From a virus (taxonomy: Monodnaviria; Loebvirae; Hofneiviricota; Faserviricetes; Tubulavirales): a DNA stretch of 6,758 bases. A model generated the notes under the pieces. It did not search any database, was not told where the DNA came from, and saw only the letters and a program-made list of their open reading frames with translations. Position 1 is the first letter of the stretch; each line of letters opens with the position of its first letter. The position numbers and the translations under genes were made by a program. The stretch lies in IMG/VR virus record IMGVR_UViG_2579779084_000001. One strand, written 5' to 3'. Positions 1 through 6,758 of the stretch are shown here, one piece after another.

Positions 1-1956
<1,956 letters not shown>

Positions 1957-1972
1957 CTGAATTTTTAACATT

Positions 1973-1978
1973 GAGGAG
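1973..1978 (+). promoter_or_regulatory. Shine-Dalgarno site (GAGGAG) for the CDS starting at 1987
   Basis: GAGGAG lies 8 nt upstream of the ATG at 1987, immediately after the Rep stop codon. Confidence 0.6.
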
Positions 1979-1986
1979 TCTGATTT

Positions 1987-2412
1987 ATGAATCAAATTTA
2001 TGACAGTTTTCCGTTTCCTTCCCCTGAGGGTTTTACTGCAGGTATGACAATGGCGGGATTTTTTATTCACGCCACTGTCATAAATGATGAGGAGTTAAAA
2101 CCCACGGGTTCTCATTATAACCCTGAGGCTAAACCCAAATATGCCATTGTTATTGGCTATCCGTATGAGGACCGAAAATTAAAAGTCCGCCGTGAGGAGC
2201 ATGAGCGATTTTCCTGTACTGAGGAGGATTTTAAATTTTTTAATTCATGTCCTGATTTGCAGGGCAAACCTGTTTATCTCACGGTGGATGTTAACTCATG
2301 GTCGACAGGCTCTGAACGTCATGGTGTCTGGTATCGTTTTATTTCCGGCTCCATGAAACGTTTTGACGGTCAGCCGCTGGGTGCACTGCCCGCAGGTAAA
2401 GAAAAAGGCTGA
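1987..2412 (+). CDS. Hypothetical protein in the gV (ssDNA-binding protein) position of an Ff-like gene order; function not established
   Basis: 141-aa ORF with ATG start and strong SD, directly between Rep and the small coat-protein genes. No obvious similarity by eye to M13 gV. It is longer than gV (87 aa) and its basic/aromatic C-terminal half (KPKYAIVIGYPYEDRKLKVRREEHERF...HGVWYRFISGSMKRFDG) would be compatible with a nucleic-acid-binding beta-rich fold. The functional assignment is inference from synteny only. Confidence 0.6.
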   Translation: MNQIYDSFPFPSPEGFTAGMTMAGFFIHATVINDEELKPTGSHYNPEAKPKYAIVIGYPYEDRKLKVRREEHERFSCTEEDFKFFNSCPDLQGKPVYLTVDVNSWSTGSERHGVWYRFISGSMKRFDGQPLGALPAGKEKG

Positions 2413-2416
2413 TGAT

Positions 2417-2557
2417 ATGTCTGACGCTGATTTTCTGAACTTTGTTTTATTTGCTGCGCCTGCAATGATTTTATTTTCTTCAGGTTTTGGCATCGGAATA
2501 AAACTGATTCGCGCCTGTGACTCACAAAGCATTACTGTTCAGCGTTATTATGACTGA
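2417..2557 (+). CDS. Small hydrophobic minor coat protein, pVII-like (46 aa)
   Basis: ATG at 2417 lies 4 nt after the upstream stop; the ORF-track start at 2363 is a TTG. Product MSDADFLNFVLFAAPAMILFSSGFGIGIKLIRACDSQSITVQRYYD has a short acidic N-terminus followed by a hydrophobic helix, resembling M13 pVII (MEQVADFDTIYQAMIQISVVLCFALGIIAGGQR), and sits in the same genomic position. Confidence 0.5.
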   Translation: MSDADFLNFVLFAAPAMILFSSGFGIGIKLIRACDSQSITVQRYYD

Positions 2558-2720
2558 ATTTGATTTCAGCGGTGTTTTATCCGCACTGAATTCTGGCGTA
2601 CAGGACGGGGAGCTTTACTGGGCCGTTCTTTATGTCTGGATTGTCTGCTGGCTTCTTGGCTTTGGTCTTGGTGTTATTTTCACTCTGGTCTGCCGGATGT
2701 TCAGCGATGCTGTTAATTAA
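2550..2720 (+). CDS. Small hydrophobic minor coat protein, pIX-like (56 aa)
   Basis: ATG at 2550 overlaps the 3' end of the preceding gene (stop at 2555-2557), suggesting translational coupling. The ORF-track start at 2517 is a GTG and is less likely. Product MTEFDFSGVLSALNSGVQDGELYWAVLYVWIVCWLLGFGLGVIFTLVCRMFSDAVN has a single hydrophobic transmembrane-like helix. Position matches gIX in Ff. Confidence 0.5.
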   Translation: MTEFDFSGVLSALNSGVQDGELYWAVLYVWIVCWLLGFGLGVIFTLVCRMFSDAVN

Positions 2721-2726
2721 TTTTAA

Positions 2727-2987
<261 letters not shown>

Positions 2988-3002
2988 TAGTTATTTAACG
3001 AC

Positions 3003-3025
3003 AGCGCCCTTCGGGGCGCTTTTTT
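3003..3025 (+). terminator. Rho-independent transcription terminator downstream of the major coat protein gene
   Basis: Perfect GC-rich hairpin AGCGCCC-ttcg-GGGCGCT followed by a run of six T. Same placement as the strong terminator after gVIII in Ff phages. Confidence 0.8.
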
Positions 3026-3029
3026 AATC

Positions 3030-4445
3030 ATGCCAGGAGTGTTTTGCTTGATTCGTTTTATTATTCCGCTTCTGTTTTTGTTCTTTTCTTCGCTTTCTTT
3101 TGCTGAGGGGAAAGAAAATCCGGATGAATTTGTTGAGTGTTTTGGCCGTTTATCCTGCAGGACAGCTTATTCAGACGCGGGGACATCGATTAAATTAGCC
3201 AGGGGAGCAGGTCATGTTTATTGTGGCTGGGCCAGTGTTGATGCATGTTCCGGAATAATTCATTATTGCGGCGACAATCCTTCAAAGGTTTCTGCCGCAC
3301 CTTCTACCGTTGGGAATTTTGTTTCTGCCAAATGGCATGCATATAAAGTCTGGGATTTAGACAAGCAAGAGTGGCAAACCTGCGCCCTTGCTTTTCAGGG
3401 AGGTGAGGGTGATTTGACACCTGAATATAATAAGCCGGTTACCGAAGAAAATTGTCTTTCCCGTCCGGTAATTAAGGACTTTTCATATTCTCTTGGTGAT
3501 GTTGTCTGGGTTGATACGGGTAACGGGCAGGAATCTCAGTCCCTGGAAATTAATGGCTGTCGTTATTTGATTGATTTTAACGAGTGTGATGACGACGGGA
3601 ATTGTATCGCTCAGAGTATGCGTTCTGTTGGCGTGGCTGTCGCCAATAAAAATCCTGACGACAATACAGGGAGTGGCTCTGGTTGTGACGACGACAATTG
3701 CGATAATACGACAGGCTCTGGCGGTTCATCCGGCAGTGGTGGCTCCGGCTCGGGTTCCGGCGGCTCATCCGGCAGTGGTGGTTCAGGTTCTGGCTCCGGT
3801 GGTTCATCCGGTAGCGGTGGTTCAGGTTCTGGCTCCGGTGGTTCATCCGGTAGCGGTGGCTCCGGCTCGGGCTCCGGCGGCTCATCCGGCAGTGGTGGTT
3901 CAGGTTCTGGCTCCGGTGGTTCATCCGGTAGCGGCGGTTCAGGTTCAGGCTCCAGTGGCTCATCCGGCGATAACAATGGCTGGCTTGATGGTGTTTTGGG
4001 CTGGTTACAGCGTATTTGGGTTTCAGTGAATGATTTGAATAGTTTCTTTTCTTTTTCTCAGGCTGATGTAAATAACTCACTGAATACTTTTGATGGCCAG
4101 CTGTCTGATATTGTTAAAAATGAATCGGGGGATTCATCAAATGATTATGATTCTTTAATCTCTGAGTTTATTGATAAGCTACCTAAGGAGTGGTTATTTA
4201 TTGATTTCAACAAGTTATTTTTTCCTGGTAATCATCGTTCTGATGGGGCTCAGCCACTTGAGGTTGATTTTTCATTTTATCTTCCGGTGATTGGGACTGT
4301 ACATTTTACAGTTGACACATCCGATTTTTCATCAGCTTATGATTTGTTGTTAAGGCCTGTTCTGGAATATTTTATTTATGCACTTACTGTTTTTCGTCTT
4401 TATTTTGTTTATCGTCGCGCCCTGATGCGTCATGCTGAGGTTTAG
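3030..4445 (+). CDS. Minor coat / adsorption protein, pIII-like (receptor-binding protein with Gly/Ser-rich linker)
   Basis: 471-aa ORF. Hydrophobic N-terminal signal sequence (IRFIIPLLFLFFSSLSFA), a Cys-rich N-terminal region of about 200 aa, a long Gly/Ser linker (GGSSGSGGSGSGS repeated), and a C-terminal region with a hydrophobic anchor (YFIYALTVFRLYFVYRRALM). This is the domain layout of inovirus pIII and the position matches gIII. The real start may be the in-frame TTG at 3048, which lies 8 nt downstream of AGGAG at 3035-3039. Confidence 0.8.
   Translation: MPGVFCLIRFIIPLLFLFFSSLSFAEGKENPDEFVECFGRLSCRTAYSDAGTSIKLARGAGHVYCGWASVDACSGIIHYCGDNPSKVSAAPSTVGNFVSAKWHAYKVWDLDKQEWQTCALAFQGGEGDLTPEYNKPVTEENCLSRPVIKDFSYSLGDVVWVDTGNGQESQSLEINGCRYLIDFNECDDDGNCIAQSMRSVGVAVANKNPDDNTGSGSGCDDDNCDNTTGSGGSSGSGGSGSGSGGSSGSGGSGSGSGGSSGSGGSGSGSGGSSGSGGSGSGSGGSSGSGGSGSGSGGSSGSGGSGSGSSGSSGDNNGWLDGVLGWLQRIWVSVNDLNSFFSFSQADVNNSLNTFDGQLSDIVKNESGDSSNDYDSLISEFIDKLPKEWLFIDFNKLFFPGNHRSDGAQPLEVDFSFYLPVIGTVHFTVDTSDFSSAYDLLLRPVLEYFIYALTVFRLYFVYRRALMRHAEV
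3714..3968 (+). repeat. Tandem repeat, 39-bp unit, about 6.5 copies, in-frame within the pIII-like gene and encoding (GGSSGSGGSGSGS)n
   Basis: Direct reading of the sequence: near-identical 39-nt units with synonymous third-position variants (ggctccggctcgggttccggc versus ggttcaggttctggctccggt). The ORFs on the opposite strand and in other frames across this region are repeat artefacts. Confidence 0.9.
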
Positions 4446-4447
4446 TT

Positions 4448-4810
4448 ATGGTTGTTTTTATTAATTTCATTTATTCTTTTGTGCTTATTATTTTCAGGAG
4501 GCTGCTACCTTTCCTCAGAAATAAGTTTCCTTCTGCTTTTTCTTATGCGGGTACATTAACGTATCTTTTTATGTCGATTTCTCTTGCTGTAAGTTTTATT
4601 ATTGCAGCAAACTCTGTTATTGATACTGTTTCTTCTTCTGCTGTTATGAACAGGTACCTTATTATTGCGTTCAGCTATTTACCCCATAACTTTACATTTT
4701 GCGCAAATCTCATTATCGCCGCTGATTTTATTTCTTTTCTTTTTCACTCAAAGGAACGTATTTATCGATATATTCGCTTGTTTATATCAGGGAAAATACC
4801 GGGAGGCTAA
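4448..4810 (+). CDS. Minor coat protein, pVI-like (hydrophobic membrane protein)
   Basis: 120-aa very hydrophobic product with ATG start 2 nt after the pIII-like stop and GAGG 7 nt upstream. Size, hydrophobicity and position between the pIII-like and pI-like genes match Ff gVI. Confidence 0.7.
   Translation: MVVFINFIYSFVLIIFRRLLPFLRNKFPSAFSYAGTLTYLFMSISLAVSFIIAANSVIDTVSSSAVMNRYLIIAFSYLPHNFTFCANLIIAADFISFLFHSKERIYRYIRLFISGKIPGG
4801..4806 (+). promoter_or_regulatory. Shine-Dalgarno site (GGGAGG) for the pI/Zot-like gene
   Basis: GGGAGG lies 7 nt upstream of the ATG at 4814, overlapping the 3' end of the preceding gene. Confidence 0.6.
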
Positions 4811-6025
<1,215 letters not shown>

Positions 6026-6105
6026 GACAGAAGAGATACCGCTCGCCGCAAGTTTATGACCGAACGTAGTGAGCGAATAAACGAGGAAGCGGAATGTCTT
6101 CATGA

Positions 6106-6758
<653 letters not shown>

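Noticed and set aside
3714-3968. Possibility that the direct repeats are a CRISPR array
   Set aside because: The units are contiguous with no unique spacers between them, are 39 bp in tandem, and sit in frame inside a long ORF where they encode a Gly/Ser linker.
3571-4080. ORFs of 121-167 aa in other frames and on the minus strand across the Gly/Ser repeat (3571-4029 +, 3577-4080 -, 3611-3976 -)
   Set aside because: Artefacts of the 39-bp tandem repeat, which is open in several frames. Their products are pure low-complexity repeats (PEPEPEPP..., HRSQNLNH...) nested inside the pIII-like gene.

Overview
The window reads as one contiguous, same-strand (+) segment of a filamentous phage (Inoviridae) genome or prophage, with gene order matching the Ff (M13/fd) layout. 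In order: a 5'-truncated rolling-circle replication initiator; a 141-aa protein in the slot where Ff has its ssDNA-binding protein gV; two small overlapping hydrophobic proteins (pVII/pIX-like); a major coat protein with signal peptide (pVIII-like); a strong intrinsic terminator; a pIII-like adsorption protein whose Gly/Ser linker is encoded by about 6.5 tandem copies of a 39-bp unit; a pVI-like hydrophobic protein; a pI/Zot-like assembly NTPase; and the 5' part of a secretin-like (pIV-like) gene running off the window end. No reverse-strand gene is supported. The most notable points are that the Rep carries the paired-tyrosine Y-x-x-K-Y-x-x-K signature of phiX174 A / P2 A-type initiators rather than resembling Ff gII, that the GC-rich replication module contrasts with an AT-rich structural module, and that the gV-slot protein does not resemble Ff gV. 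All calls rest on reading the sequence and on recalled family signatures; no database search was run, so homology statements are hypotheses to verify.
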